DNA of 64,000 nucleotides, from positions 23,332 through 87,331 of IMG/VR virus record IMGVR_UViG_3300005805_000001; one strand, 5' to 3'. Every line of letters starts with the position of its first letter. Position 1 is the stretch's first letter. The DNA comes from a virus (Duplodnaviria > Caudoviricetes). Positions 20,872-30,685 of the stretch are shown in pieces. A program made the position numbers and the translations under genes. The notes beneath the pieces were generated by a model, which worked only from the letters and a program-made list of their open reading frames with translations, had not been told where the DNA came from and did no database searches.

Positions 20872-21848
20872 TCCAGGACAGGAATGTCCTGTTCATAAAT
20901 CTTTCGTGGAAACTCCCATTGATCGGTACACATATGCCATGCAAGGTCAGTCAAATCATTGTCAATCTCTTGCATTCCCTTGGCTATGTAACTGGAGTCC
21001 ACTTTGTAAATCACGGTCTTGTTACGGACCACATCGATGGGAACAACATACATCTCAACTTCAATTTCCCAATCAGGAAATTTCTGTTTTGCCCATTCGT
21101 GTATGGCCAGATAGTAAAAGGCAAACTGCCTGTACGTCCTCCAATACTCAAATGAATCGACGTATTTGTGCACAGGTTTCTGACTGTCTGTCTTGTAGTC
21201 AAAATACTTGATTTCCAACTTGTCCTTTCCGGTATGGATGAACAGATGATCAAGCTTTGACTTCATAGGCAGGACAATGTCACAACCTTCAACCTGGATC
21301 ATGGTTTCCCAATAGATCTCAAGCTCATTGTGCTCTTCCCAAAGACTCTTGTCTCCAAGGATCTTGGCCCAATACGGACTGTTGTTCACATTCTCAACAT
21401 GCATTTTTGCAGAATCAAACATGAACTGTGACACGAGTTGGCGCTTATCCCTAAGTTCCTCAAGATACTTCTTAAAGGAAGTACTTTTATTAAAATTTTC
21501 AAGGACCTTGTCCCTGGAAATCTTGTATCCTGATTTAATGTAAGCTGCCTCATGGGCAATTTCATCAACTTCAGGAAACGTGGCAAGTGTTTTTACGTAT
21601 TCAAGCATCATCCCGGAAGGCATTTCTTCCGGGGCAACACTTGATACAAAATAACGGCATTCAAATTCAGAAGGTTCCAGAAGCATACAGTGAATGATCG
21701 ATCCAAGCAGCATTGCATCACTTTCCTTCTTGTCCTGTAGTTCTTTGGTTATGTGCACCTTGTAGAAATACGAAGGGTCATAACTAAAGACAGACAGGCT
21801 CGAGTTACTGATTGACAGATTTTCGTAATAAGTCATCCTGTTTTTCAA
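20853..21848 (-). CDS. PD-(D/E)XK exonuclease (RecB/Cas4-like fold)
   Basis: N-terminal S.S.L, LGSIIHCMLLEP, KSKLDHL, FDYKT and YRQFAFY motifs. Confidence 0.8.
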   Translation of the reverse strand: MKNRMTYYENLSISNSSLSVFSYDPSYFYKVHITKELQDKKESDAMLLGSIIHCMLLEPSEFECRYFVSSVAPEEMPSGMMLEYVKTLATFPEVDEIAHEAAYIKSGYKISRDKVLENFNKSTSFKKYLEELRDKRQLVSQFMFDSAKMHVENVNNSPYWAKILGDKSLWEEHNELEIYWETMIQVEGCDIVLPMKSKLDHLFIHTGKDKLEIKYFDYKTDSQKPVHKYVDSFEYWRTYRQFAFYYLAIHEWAKQKFPDWEIEVEMYVVPIDVVRNKTVIYKVDSSYIAKGMQEIDNDLTDLAWHMCTDQWEFPRKIYEQDIPVLECLTLQ

Positions 21849-22185
21849 GTGTTAAATCAATAATCTGCATGAGTTCATACCATGCTTCATACATCAAATT
21901 CAATTGGTCAACACGCGCATTGTGGATGCTATGCTCGTCAGGACCTATGTGTTGGTTGATCTCATACTGCAGATCATCTATGGAGTCATCCATGCAACGT
22001 CTCACGACGTCAGCTTTACCCATTTCCAGGTTCTCCATGATCTTGGCAAATTCAGGGGAGTATTGATATGCTTCAGAGCACCTTCTCTTAAACTCCCGTT
22101 CAAAGGATATTATCATCTCATTTAGGATTAATGACCTTGGCGTCCGACTTAAGCACATGCATATGCATGAATTTGTCAAACTCAT
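21805..22185 (-). CDS. hypothetical protein
   Basis: 126-aa ORF overlapping both neighbours in operon fashion. Confidence 0.45.
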   Translation of the reverse strand: MSLTNSCICMCLSRTPRSLILNEMIISFEREFKRRCSEAYQYSPEFAKIMENLEMGKADVVRRCMDDSIDDLQYEINQHIGPDEHSIHNARVDQLNLMYEAWYELMQIIDLTLEKQDDLLRKSVNQ

Positions 22186-22549
22186 CCAAGGTCATGATGA
22201 CATTGGTTTTTTTGTTTCTCTTATGGAAGATCACGATTGGATACTCACCGCGTTCAGGGACAAGCTTTGCAATCTCTTCGGTTATCTCCTCTGTAAGTTT
22301 ATGGTAGTCTATCTTTGCCTCGACAGCCTTGCATTGCACGTTGAAGGGTACATTGCATACATCTATCTTTGCGGCATCCATAAGCCTGCTTCCAAGCCGT
22401 GTTGTCATGGCTTTGGAATATCCCAGGCTTTTAAGGTAATTGACTATCGTCCTTTCAAAGTTATGACCCTTGGTCCTGGCTTTCCTGCCACTGTTGGAAG
22501 GTCGTGATCTCACCACCTTCTTGGACTTTCTCTCTTTTCGTGATTCCAT
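22118..22549 (-). CDS. Holliday junction resolvase-like PD-(D/E)XK nuclease
   Basis: RTKGHNFER..V, ID, VQCK pattern typical of Hjc-like phage resolvases. Confidence 0.7.
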   Translation of the reverse strand: MESRKERKSKKVVRSRPSNSGRKARTKGHNFERTIVNYLKSLGYSKAMTTRLGSRLMDAAKIDVCNVPFNVQCKAVEAKIDYHKLTEEITEEIAKLVPERGEYPIVIFHKRNKKTNVIMTLDEFDKFMHMHVLKSDAKVINPK

Positions 22550-23525
22550 TTATCAAATGGTTTAACAATTCACGGGTTTTCTGTTGGCCATACATCCGAT
22601 AATAATCGGATATGTCCTTCGTACCGGAATCCCCGGGGACAAATATAGGCATGAAATCATATAATGTGGAGAACTTTTCTCCGTATTTCATACCGGTAAT
22701 ATCATTGTCCCATAACAAGTATATCTGCTGAAATCTTTTTTTGTAGTCTTCTATAGTGGCTTCAGGAATGAACACAGATTCACTTTGTGATGCTATTGAA
22801 TTGAATCCCAATGTCTTGAGTAACAACACATCCTTGTATGATTTGGTTATAATCAGGATATCCCCTGTCTTGGCAAGGAATTCATCACCTTGTACATTAC
22901 AGGTCTTGGCATTGGTGACCCACTTGAACCTTTTTGCAAAAGGTCTATAGATCTTACGTATGCCTTTGCCAAACTCTATGCTGTAGGCAGGGTCATAAGG
23001 TGTATACCAATACACCAGGTTGTCATTCACCCAGTAATTCTGCAGTGGAACTATCTTATGGTTCTGCAGAAAGTCTGTCTTCAATCCAAACTGGCCCCAA
23101 TACTTTTCATCGGCCTTGTTCCATGCGCGTTTCTTGACTGGAAGCTTTGTTTCTTCCCTGATCTCAATCCGGTCATCCGAAGGAATGCCTATGTATTCCA
23201 TGGTAGGTCTTTCAAACATCGGTTTGCTTGATAACCCCAGATTAAAATCATTGTCTACGACACGCAATGCCTCTATGAACGTGAGTCCATAGATTGACTG
23301 CAGGAATTGCCAAATGTTGTACGTACCCAGTTGAAAATCCTTCAACAGTATTCTTCCGTCAGTGGCCACAAACAGGGAGGCGGAAGGATTCTCATCCTTG
23401 CGCAACGGGCTTTTGAAACTCCGTTTCAATTGCACTCCAGGTATGTAATAACGCCACAGGTCCCATTCTGAAACCTTCTTGGTTATTGCTTCTATGCTGA
23501 GTTCTTTGGGTTGATCGCCGTACAT
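22461..23525 (-). CDS. DNA primase (DnaG/Toprim)
   Basis: SPLRKDENPS N-terminal motif; Toprim ITKSYKDV and WDNDITG. Confidence 0.85.
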   Translation of the reverse strand: MYGDQPKELSIEAITKKVSEWDLWRYYIPGVQLKRSFKSPLRKDENPSASLFVATDGRILLKDFQLGTYNIWQFLQSIYGLTFIEALRVVDNDFNLGLSSKPMFERPTMEYIGIPSDDRIEIREETKLPVKKRAWNKADEKYWGQFGLKTDFLQNHKIVPLQNYWVNDNLVYWYTPYDPAYSIEFGKGIRKIYRPFAKRFKWVTNAKTCNVQGDEFLAKTGDILIITKSYKDVLLLKTLGFNSIASQSESVFIPEATIEDYKKRFQQIYLLWDNDITGMKYGEKFSTLYDFMPIFVPGDSGTKDISDYYRMYGQQKTRELLNHLINGITKREKVQEGGEITTFQQWQESQDQGS

Positions 23526-23542
23526 CTGATTGGTATTGATGT

Positions 23543-23568
23543 AAAAGGGGAAGGTGTTACCCTTCCCC
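23543..23568 (-). terminator. intrinsic terminator after SSB
   Basis: Minus strand GGGGAAGG-GTAACA-CCTTCCCC-TTTT. Confidence 0.7.
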
Positions 23569-23591
23569 CCTTACAAACATTAACCGGTTTT

Positions 23592-24140
23592 TTAGAATGG
23601 CAGATCATTACCGGCCATAACATCCACATCCAAGTCAGCCTTGGGTGTTTCAGGACGTACAAGACGGTCCTGGATGTATTTGCTCAATACGAGCTTGGTC
23701 GGTGTTACGGACATTGGCTCGATGAAATTGGGATAACGCGGTACAGTCACATATCCCTTGTTGTTATAATGGAAGATCATACGGAATTTACCTGCGGTCT
23801 TACCGTTGATCAACGCGTTAACGCGGTTAAAGAAGTCAGGAAAACTTGTTGACCCTGCAACTGCAGCATCATACTCAGCTTCCGTTACAAGTTTTGTACA
23901 GATGTGCTTCACACGACGGTTGGTACCATCGATGGATTGTGCATCATCATTCTTCCACTCTTTGTGCGTCACGTCGGATCCATTGCCTTGGCTGAATGTG
24001 ATACTAGCCACCGAGTTGTCCTCGTTCAATTCAAATCCTGTCTTAATCTCGCAATTCTCCACAATACCCACTCCTGGGATTACGCGGTTCTCATCAGCAT
24101 TAATAGCTTTTCCATCTGAAGTTAACTTACTTCCGTACAT
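23592..24140 (-). CDS. putative single-stranded DNA-binding protein
   Basis: Beta-rich 182 aa ending in the acidic tail DLDVDVMAGNDLPF, between recombinase and primase. Confidence 0.65.
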   Translation of the reverse strand: MYGSKLTSDGKAINADENRVIPGVGIVENCEIKTGFELNEDNSVASITFSQGNGSDVTHKEWKNDDAQSIDGTNRRVKHICTKLVTEAEYDAAVAGSTSFPDFFNRVNALINGKTAGKFRMIFHYNNKGYVTVPRYPNFIEPMSVTPTKLVLSKYIQDRLVRPETPKADLDVDVMAGNDLPF

Positions 24141-24163
24141 AGTTGATTGGTTTTAAAGGTTAA

Positions 24164-24742
24164 TTACTTAATTGTCACATCACCCTCTTCGTTAATCACG
24201 ACATTCGATGCGTTGGGTGTAACATCGGTCATTTCCTCCACGGTATACAAACCGAGGATCTTGTCAGGCGCTATACGCTGAGCGCCAAGGGCCAAAGCCC
24301 TAGCATACAACATGTGTCTGGGCATCTTGACCCAGTTGTCCTTGCTGGTCCAGCCAGCACGAACCGCGTCAGACCACTTGAAGGAAGCCCTGTCCACGAT
24401 GTTTCCACGATAGAATTCTATTGTAGTCACATAATCGGACTTTCCATTATCCTCGATCTTCTCGAAGTCCTGTATGGTCTTGTACTGTATTCCATTGGCC
24501 CACAGCAAAGCGCCAAGACCTTTGGAACTCAAGGCAAGTCTGCCTTGGATATTGTAAATCTGATGAAACGCCTGCATGGGTTTCATCCCCAAGTCCTTGC
24601 CAAACTGAGCAATAGTGAATGCCTGCTCAATTGTCTTGATGTTCGACGGCAATGACTTTGAATCAATAAGAATCTGCAACTGCTCCATCTCATTTTGTGG
24701 AACGGTTGGAAGTTGTTTTTCAACCTTGGCTAATTCTGACAT
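24164..24742 (-). CDS. single-strand annealing recombinase (RecT/Bet/Sak-like)
   Basis: W.KMPRHMLYARAL...R...P..ILGLYTVEEM motif. Confidence 0.75.
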   Translation of the reverse strand: MSELAKVEKQLPTVPQNEMEQLQILIDSKSLPSNIKTIEQAFTIAQFGKDLGMKPMQAFHQIYNIQGRLALSSKGLGALLWANGIQYKTIQDFEKIEDNGKSDYVTTIEFYRGNIVDRASFKWSDAVRAGWTSKDNWVKMPRHMLYARALALGAQRIAPDKILGLYTVEEMTDVTPNASNVVINEEGDVTIK

Positions 24743-24996
24743 CAGGCCTCCTCTGTTTGTAAGTTTCCTTGTGCAGCAACAATCTTTTCAAAGATTTCCG
24801 TGCGTAACGCTGCGTATTCAGCAAGGTTCAAAGTCTTATCAGACTCAATCACCAAGCGTGTTGCAATGTATTGCAAAGCCTCATTCAATGAATTGACCTT
24901 TGCAATTGTCTGTCCATTCGGACCTTCCACTTTCAGGCCCTGGAAATCTTCCAGAACCGAGTACCCTCCAAGGGCCTCATCCACGATTTTAACCAT
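24742..24996 (-). CDS. hypothetical protein
   Basis: 84-aa ORF coupled to its neighbours. Confidence 0.5.
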   Translation of the reverse strand: MVKIVDEALGGYSVLEDFQGLKVEGPNGQTIAKVNSLNEALQYIATRLVIESDKTLNLAEYAALRTEIFEKIVAAQGNLQTEEA

Positions 24997-24997
24997 T

Positions 24998-25291
24998 CTA
25001 TTTATTATTTAATTTGTTAGCAATCTGTAAGTGTATCAGATACCCGATAAGGTCATCCACGGTATCCTCAGTCTTGTCATTCAATCCAACCTGTTTTATC
25101 CTGTTGAGCTTGTCGTTTATCCGCGCCTTTATTCCAGTCGCGGCATCCATGTCAAACAGGATTGGTTGGATATGCAATGAATCGTTGTAATCCCTGTTCT
25201 TTTTCAAGAGCAAGGCTTTCAAACGGTCACATTCGAACTCTATGAGTTCATTTGTTGTTTTTTGTTTTGAAACTTTCTTTGACTTTGTCAT
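24998..25291 (-). CDS. DUF1599 / nucleotide-modification-associated domain protein
   Basis: KKNRDY.DS...RINDKLNRI...DT..DLIGY pattern. Confidence 0.65.
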   Translation of the reverse strand: MTKSKKVSKQKTTNELIEFECDRLKALLLKKNRDYNDSLHIQPILFDMDAATGIKARINDKLNRIKQVGLNDKTEDTVDDLIGYLIHLQIANKLNNK

Positions 25292-25748
25292 AAGGGAGCG
25301 TCGTTATGGTTGACATGTACAAAGATAACAAATCAACATTCTTGGAGTACATCAACATCAAACCTTTTTCATCCAACGTAACCACTTTACAGAGTATCAT
25401 GTAATACGTATCCTTTGGATTGTCAAGTGCATTGCTTACAAAGAATAACGCCTTGTCAAAGGATTCCTCGGGTTTGTTCAACGAAGCAAGTACTTCATCC
25501 TTGAGTTTGGATGGAAACCCGTTAAGGAAATCAAGTATGTTGTCAATGTCATGTTCAACATTTACCATGTCATCAACACTGAACTCAAGCGTATCATATT
25601 CCTCCTCGATTAGTACAGGAGGTTTTTTGACACGCGGTCTCTTGGTTTTCTTACTTGGCTTTCTTGTTCGTGGCTTCGATGCCTTTGTAGTGCTCTTCCT
25701 TGATTTCTCCGGGAAGAGGAAGTTCTTTAAAAAAGTTAACAGCCCCAT
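25248..25748 (-). CDS. hypothetical protein
   Basis: 166-aa ORF with a basic N-terminus, in operon order. Confidence 0.45.
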   Translation of the reverse strand: MGLLTFLKNFLFPEKSRKSTTKASKPRTRKPSKKTKRPRVKKPPVLIEEEYDTLEFSVDDMVNVEHDIDNILDFLNGFPSKLKDEVLASLNKPEESFDKALFFVSNALDNPKDTYYMILCKVVTLDEKGLMLMYSKNVDLLSLYMSTITTLPYDKVKESFKTKNNK

Positions 25749-26796
25749 TGAAGTATAAGTCTATGTTTGTGAATCCCGAACCGCTCCTGTTCAACATTAC
25801 AAGGAATTCCCTGTAGTTGTCTCCGAGCCTGTCAATGTCATACCCTTCGTAATTCTCGATCTTGTAACGATGCGGAGCAAACAGTCCGAACATCACATTT
25901 ACATCACGCTGGGTAAGTTTGCAATCTGCAAGACCGTCGGGACTTGGTCTGAGTTTTGCAACTATGCTGTCACCTTTGAAGGTGAATTGCTGTTTCTCCT
26001 GGTCCGCTGCCTGCTGCTGGATGACCACTGGAATGTATCTCCACCTGTCACGCATCGCAAGACAATACTTGCTGCTGAAGGAGAAGATGGTGCTCCACAA
26101 GTCAGCTCCCCTTTCGGGATGCAGAAGACTTAGGTGATCCACGACAACTATCACATATTCATTAGGGTCATTTGGCTCATATCTGTTTATTGACAAATTG
26201 GCTTTGTCCCTGATCTGCGGATCATCACTCATAAGGCTTGACAATGGTATTGCATTGTTGTTGGCGTCATAATGAGTACCGTTCCTGAACGCATGATTCC
26301 TCACATGTTTGTAGATACCATAGGGATTCTTCACATTGTCTATGAACTCAACCATTGATTCGAATCTTTCCATCTCCTCGTCATAGGTGTCAATGAGCTT
26401 CTCTATCTCATCCTCGAGGATGTAACTCTCGAAGCGGGACTTGAGTTTCTCAGGGGATATCACTATCCCATGGTCCTTGTACAACCTGTAACTATAGTAC
26501 TGGCTTATCTTCTCCTCCTTGCTGACCTCCAGCGAAAAGTAGAATATCTTGACCTTTATGTCAGACTCGTACTTCGTGGCAAACTCATAGGGATTATACA
26601 CGAATAGAAAGTCAGCGAGCTTTGTCTTGCCCACCTTGCTATTGGCGGTCACAAGATAATACTTCTCCTGTTCTATTCCAGGGACGATCTTTCCAAGTTT
26701 TGGAAGCAGCACGAAAGGAACACAGGTATATCCTCCATCGAGGCGTACCTGTTTGTTCTTCTTTATCTCCTTTTTTACATTCTTGAATATGCTCAT
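25651..26796 (-). CDS. DnaB-like replicative helicase
   Basis: Walker A-like TANSKVGKT, YFSLE, VVVDHLSLL, VIQQQ and D.DVMFGL motifs. Confidence 0.8.
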   Translation of the reverse strand: MSIFKNVKKEIKKNKQVRLDGGYTCVPFVLLPKLGKIVPGIEQEKYYLVTANSKVGKTKLADFLFVYNPYEFATKYESDIKVKIFYFSLEVSKEEKISQYYSYRLYKDHGIVISPEKLKSRFESYILEDEIEKLIDTYDEEMERFESMVEFIDNVKNPYGIYKHVRNHAFRNGTHYDANNNAIPLSSLMSDDPQIRDKANLSINRYEPNDPNEYVIVVVDHLSLLHPERGADLWSTIFSFSSKYCLAMRDRWRYIPVVIQQQAADQEKQQFTFKGDSIVAKLRPSPDGLADCKLTQRDVNVMFGLFAPHRYKIENYEGYDIDRLGDNYREFLVMLNRSGSGFTNIDLYFNGAVNFFKELPLPGEIKEEHYKGIEATNKKAK

Positions 26797-27350
26797 ACCC
26801 TTTTCTCCCCCGTGCTTAAAATATGCGCAGTCTTGTTGTCAAAGTCCTCACACAATGAAGCAAGCTTCGAACCTCCAGCCTTCTGGATAAAGTAATCAGC
26901 CTGTGTCATGTACGCATAGCCGTTCCTTCTCATCTGCTCGACATAGAGTTTTGTCGCTTCAAGTATGGTGCGCTTCGAGAACTCGGGATAAGTCATAAGA
27001 AACCATGTGAGTTTCTTTATGATCCCGTTCTTGTCACCACGTATTGGCGTACCATTCCCTGACTTTACTCCTTTTGGAAACAGCGACCTGTATTGGTCTA
27101 CAAACTGCATGAAGTCATCAGGTTTCTCAAACAATGCAAGGCCTGAACCTGTAAGGTTATACTTACGTTCTTCGTCAGGGTCTTCCCTTAATAATTTTCT
27201 TTCCACCAATGAATGGTACTCTGATTCAGGCAGGTCCATAAACTCAGCTGGATCCTGTCCGTTTTTTATACAATGTAAAATGCAATAACAGTTTGGACTC
27301 AAGTCCATGCCTTGCAGTTTCTCAAGGTCGATGTTTATGTTCATCGTCAT
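26793..27350 (-). CDS. putative replication initiator / helicase loader (winged helix plus C-terminal domain)
   Basis: Overlaps the helicase start; wHTH-like N-terminus (LVERKLL...YNLTGSG). Confidence 0.5.
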   Translation of the reverse strand: MTMNINIDLEKLQGMDLSPNCYCILHCIKNGQDPAEFMDLPESEYHSLVERKLLREDPDEERKYNLTGSGLALFEKPDDFMQFVDQYRSLFPKGVKSGNGTPIRGDKNGIIKKLTWFLMTYPEFSKRTILEATKLYVEQMRRNGYAYMTQADYFIQKAGGSKLASLCEDFDNKTAHILSTGEKRV

Positions 27351-27534
27351 CCTGTTTTAATCCGTCCAACTCATCCTTCAAATCACGCAACCACTTTTTG
27401 TTGGCTTGAACCAGTTCCTTTTTGGAAAGGGTTCCTCCTTTGCAAACAGGGCAAGGCGTAAAGAGCTTACCGTCCTTGGTAAGCTCTTCTGCGCCAAAGC
27501 AGTATTCACATTCAATATGGTGGTGTTCCTCCAT
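27322..27534 (-). CDS. small Zn-ribbon protein
   Basis: CEYC...CPVC pairs; start reassigned to MEEHHH within the 27322-27612 ORF. Confidence 0.5.
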   Translation of the reverse strand: MEEHHHIECEYCFGAEELTKDGKLFTPCPVCKGGTLSKKELVQANKKWLRDLKDELDGLKQDDDEHKHRP

Positions 27535-27756
27535 CCAGAGGCAGAATTCTAATACATTTAGTAGTCTTACGCCAGTAATCGCTGTGCCAGTAATAAGTGT
27601 TGTAAACGACATACAGATAAATTCCGTCTATCTGTCTTCCAAGGCTGAGCCTTATACCGGAGCAGAGATAAGCCAACAAAGATAATACAATAACCTCAAA
27701 CATAGCCTAGGTTTTTATAAATTAAATACCTGTCCATCATCTCAATGCGGACATCC

Positions 27757-29013
27757 TTACTCAACTTGTTCTTTTTCAGCATCTTGTTGTGCTGTTTGAC
27801 AAGCTTCTTGTTCAGATTGCATGAGCTTTTGGTACTTTTTGATGCAATCTTCCGTGCCGTTGCAATAGATTTCTTCATAGTTAGTGATGTTTTCCATGGC
27901 CTTCTTGTACCACTTTGCTTCTTGGGTACCCAAGGTCATGTAGATGAATACATTACCTGTCTGGTCACTCACCCTTTGACGTCCTATCGCCTGGATCATG
28001 TCAAGCTCCTTGCTGTAATAGGACATTAGAATGGTGTTGTCCAGATCCTTCAAGTTGGCACCCTGCTTGAGCATCTTGAATGAACCGACTGTGTTTATCA
28101 CACCATTGTCAAAGTCCTCACGGATCTTTTGGTTCTGCTTGTCAGTTTTCTTGTTGCTTATCACATTGGGTGTTACCTGTGTCAGTGCGTCAATGCTGTT
28201 GCCAAACACGAGTGTCTTGCCTTCCAGGACCTTCAACAATTCCTGTACTGCCACAATCTTGCTTGGTAAATTATACAACACCTTTGCACGTCCCGCGGAT
28301 GTCATCCTTATGCGGAACAGTTTCTTCTGTCCTTCAGGCAGGAACAATGTCCTTCTGAATTCAGAATCCCAGTAATCATAGGAAGCCTTCTCTGTCGTCA
28401 TGAAGGGATTTGCCTTTGTGCCTGCGGGAACATTCTTATGCACATCATCAAGCTGATGATAGATTATGAACATCCGCAGTTTCTTGGCAGTCCCGTCACT
28501 CACAGCCTCATTCAAGGTGTATTTGAAACAGACAGGTGCGATGGAATCAACCATCATCCCCTTGTCCACTTCCTGTTCGTCAACCATGTAGGTGGTTCCA
28601 CGGTCTATCGTTGCTGACAGACCGAGGAGCGCACCATACTGGTTTTGCTTGTAAAACATTCCATATACAGGAGTAAGCGAGCTGTGTATCTCGTCAGCAC
28701 ATACCAGATCCCATTGGGTGTTCTGCCACTTGCATGCGGATTGGTAACAGCTGAACGTCAGGCTATGTTCCTGCAGAAGGTTCCAGCCATAGACCTTCTC
28801 GAAGAACTGTATGTCCTTCATCAAGTCAAATTCACGCTGGGTTGTCTCTGCAAGAAACAATACCCTGGAGCCTTTCGGCAAAAGCCGACAAGCTTTGAGA
28901 AAACAGAACGTCTTCCCAATACCGGTACTGAGGTTAACAGTACCTTTCTTGCCGGCCTCTACCCAGGCTTCCACCGCTTTATCTTGTATTTCAGCCCTTT
29001 TGGCGTCTAACAT
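27757..29013 (-). CDS. superfamily 2 helicase
   Basis: STGIGKT, DEIH, GLSAT and QAIGR motifs. Confidence 0.85.
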   Translation of the reverse strand: MLDAKRAEIQDKAVEAWVEAGKKGTVNLSTGIGKTFCFLKACRLLPKGSRVLFLAETTQREFDLMKDIQFFEKVYGWNLLQEHSLTFSCYQSACKWQNTQWDLVCADEIHSSLTPVYGMFYKQNQYGALLGLSATIDRGTTYMVDEQEVDKGMMVDSIAPVCFKYTLNEAVSDGTAKKLRMFIIYHQLDDVHKNVPAGTKANPFMTTEKASYDYWDSEFRRTLFLPEGQKKLFRIRMTSAGRAKVLYNLPSKIVAVQELLKVLEGKTLVFGNSIDALTQVTPNVISNKKTDKQNQKIREDFDNGVINTVGSFKMLKQGANLKDLDNTILMSYYSKELDMIQAIGRQRVSDQTGNVFIYMTLGTQEAKWYKKAMENITNYEEIYCNGTEDCIKKYQKLMQSEQEACQTAQQDAEKEQVE

Positions 29014-29022
29014 AAGTCAGGA

Positions 29023-30345
29023 TTAAAATGAGTGTTCCTCACAATACTCTCCATTGTCACAATTATCACAGTAATCATTTTCTTCATCATAAGAATAACT
29101 CTCACGATCAGACTCTTCCTCTTCCCAAATGAAATCAAGACGTTTTTTTACGACTGATTCGGCATTAGCGAGGTTATGGAAGATTGAACTGAATGCTGCG
29201 GAACTTGACACGCCGAGGATGTGGTTCACATTCAATTCATAAACAGAACTGCGTGCAACCATGTCTTTCAACATCACAACCTGATCAGCGAAGTGATCAA
29301 GAAGAATGTCAGAACCATCAAAGTCGGAAGAATCCAACAATGAGTTCTCATCATTGTCCTCAAGCACTGCAATTGGAGTGAACGCACAGGTACGCAACTT
29401 ACCATCCTCACCTTGAGGAACTGCAAGCACATCCATTGGATTCACAACCACGAGGATCGGTGTATCGCCAAAGCCTGAATAATCATAGGCTTTGCTTGCG
29501 ACATGCAATCCGCGTGAGCAGCTCACCTGATTGGATTGATTGCCCTCATGACGCTCGATGCGAGCCTCCACACCAATGCGGTAATCCATCCTGCGGGTAT
29601 GATTGTCGGTGAATTGCTGTTCCTGATTGGACAACTCATCATACAACCTGTCAAGCTTACCAACCACATCACCGTCAACCACTGGAGCTATGTGATACTG
29701 TCCATGCTTGGATATCACATAATAGTTTGCAGGATCCATGCGCCAGATGGTCTTTACCTTCACATAGGAGTTTGATACAAACTCGATCAGGTCTTTAGCA
29801 GCTGTCTGGTTCAAGGATACGACACGACGATACGCAAGGAACATACCCTGCGAAGTGATAGGCATGCCATGATGCTTCAAGAAGCGGAACAAATCCTCAC
29901 GACTTGCAGGATTGGGATTTAATGCACACCACATCCAGAAATTGTCAAGGGACTTGAACGCCTTGAAGTTTTCAAGGGTGTCAAGATTAAATTCCTGTTT
30001 CTTGAACTGATTGTACGCCTGTACATATTCAATGGCAAGATCCTCAGGGATGCTTAGCTCTATGCCTGTGCGGTAAAGGGCTGTGCCATTCACTTTGAAA
30101 AGACTTGGATACTCGGATGCAAGGTCATTGATAGTAGCTACCATTTCCTTCTTGGCGGCAAAACGTGCCTCCTCATTACTCAATTCAGGGACAAGAAGCC
30201 TCTTAATGCTTTCAATGTCGCCTTGTTCATACAGGGAATGAACCCTTTGAAAGAGTTCATCCGTGCAGTTGTTTGTCGTGATGATCGAACCGTCATCAGT
30301 CATTACGGTAAGGTTATTACCGATTTTCAGAAGTTTCATCTTCAT
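29023..30345 (-). CDS. rIIB-like protein
   Basis: GMFLAYRRV and SCSRGLHVAS...VVVNPMDVLAVP...KLRTC motifs; adjacent to the rIIA-like gene. Confidence 0.75.
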   Translation of the reverse strand: MKMKLLKIGNNLTVMTDDGSIITTNNCTDELFQRVHSLYEQGDIESIKRLLVPELSNEEARFAAKKEMVATINDLASEYPSLFKVNGTALYRTGIELSIPEDLAIEYVQAYNQFKKQEFNLDTLENFKAFKSLDNFWMWCALNPNPASREDLFRFLKHHGMPITSQGMFLAYRRVVSLNQTAAKDLIEFVSNSYVKVKTIWRMDPANYYVISKHGQYHIAPVVDGDVVGKLDRLYDELSNQEQQFTDNHTRRMDYRIGVEARIERHEGNQSNQVSCSRGLHVASKAYDYSGFGDTPILVVVNPMDVLAVPQGEDGKLRTCAFTPIAVLEDNDENSLLDSSDFDGSDILLDHFADQVVMLKDMVARSSVYELNVNHILGVSSSAAFSSIFHNLANAESVVKKRLDFIWEEEESDRESYSYDEENDYCDNCDNGEYCEEHSF

Positions 30346-30685
30346 GGTTTATTAGGTTTAAAGCGGTTAAATTAATGATGTAAGGTACTGAATCTCCAGA
30401 AGTTCTCCAATGGGCAAGTCCAAGACTTCTTGATTCTGTCTGGTTTTTAAGGTCTTTTATACCTTCTTCAAGACTTTCATGCCCTCTGGTCTTAAGGTAT
30501 TTTTTGTCATGGTTGCCCCATCTGCTTTGACCATACTCTGCCGTAACAGTCAAACTTTTTTCGTTTATACGCAACACTTTACCTACGCGGATGCCTATCT
30601 GTCCGCACTCTGCAATCACATCACCCACTGTTATCGGGTGGTTCATAAAATCAACAAGGTTCCTCTGATTCATCTGATTTTTCAA
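30317..30685 (-). CDS. hypothetical protein (SH3/KOW-like N-terminus)
   Basis: PITVGDVI...IRVGKVLRI; lies between rIIA and rIIB. Confidence 0.45.
   Translation of the reverse strand: MKNQMNQRNLVDFMNHPITVGDVIAECGQIGIRVGKVLRINEKSLTVTAEYGQSRWGNHDKKYLKTRGHESLEEGIKDLKNQTESRSLGLAHWRTSGDSVPYIINLTALNLINHEDETSENR

Noticed and set aside
20853-21848. Cas4 of a phage CRISPR system
   Set aside because: It lacks an evident four-Cys Fe-S cluster pattern and lies in the replication/recombination operon; a generic PD-(D/E)XK exonuclease is more parsimonious.
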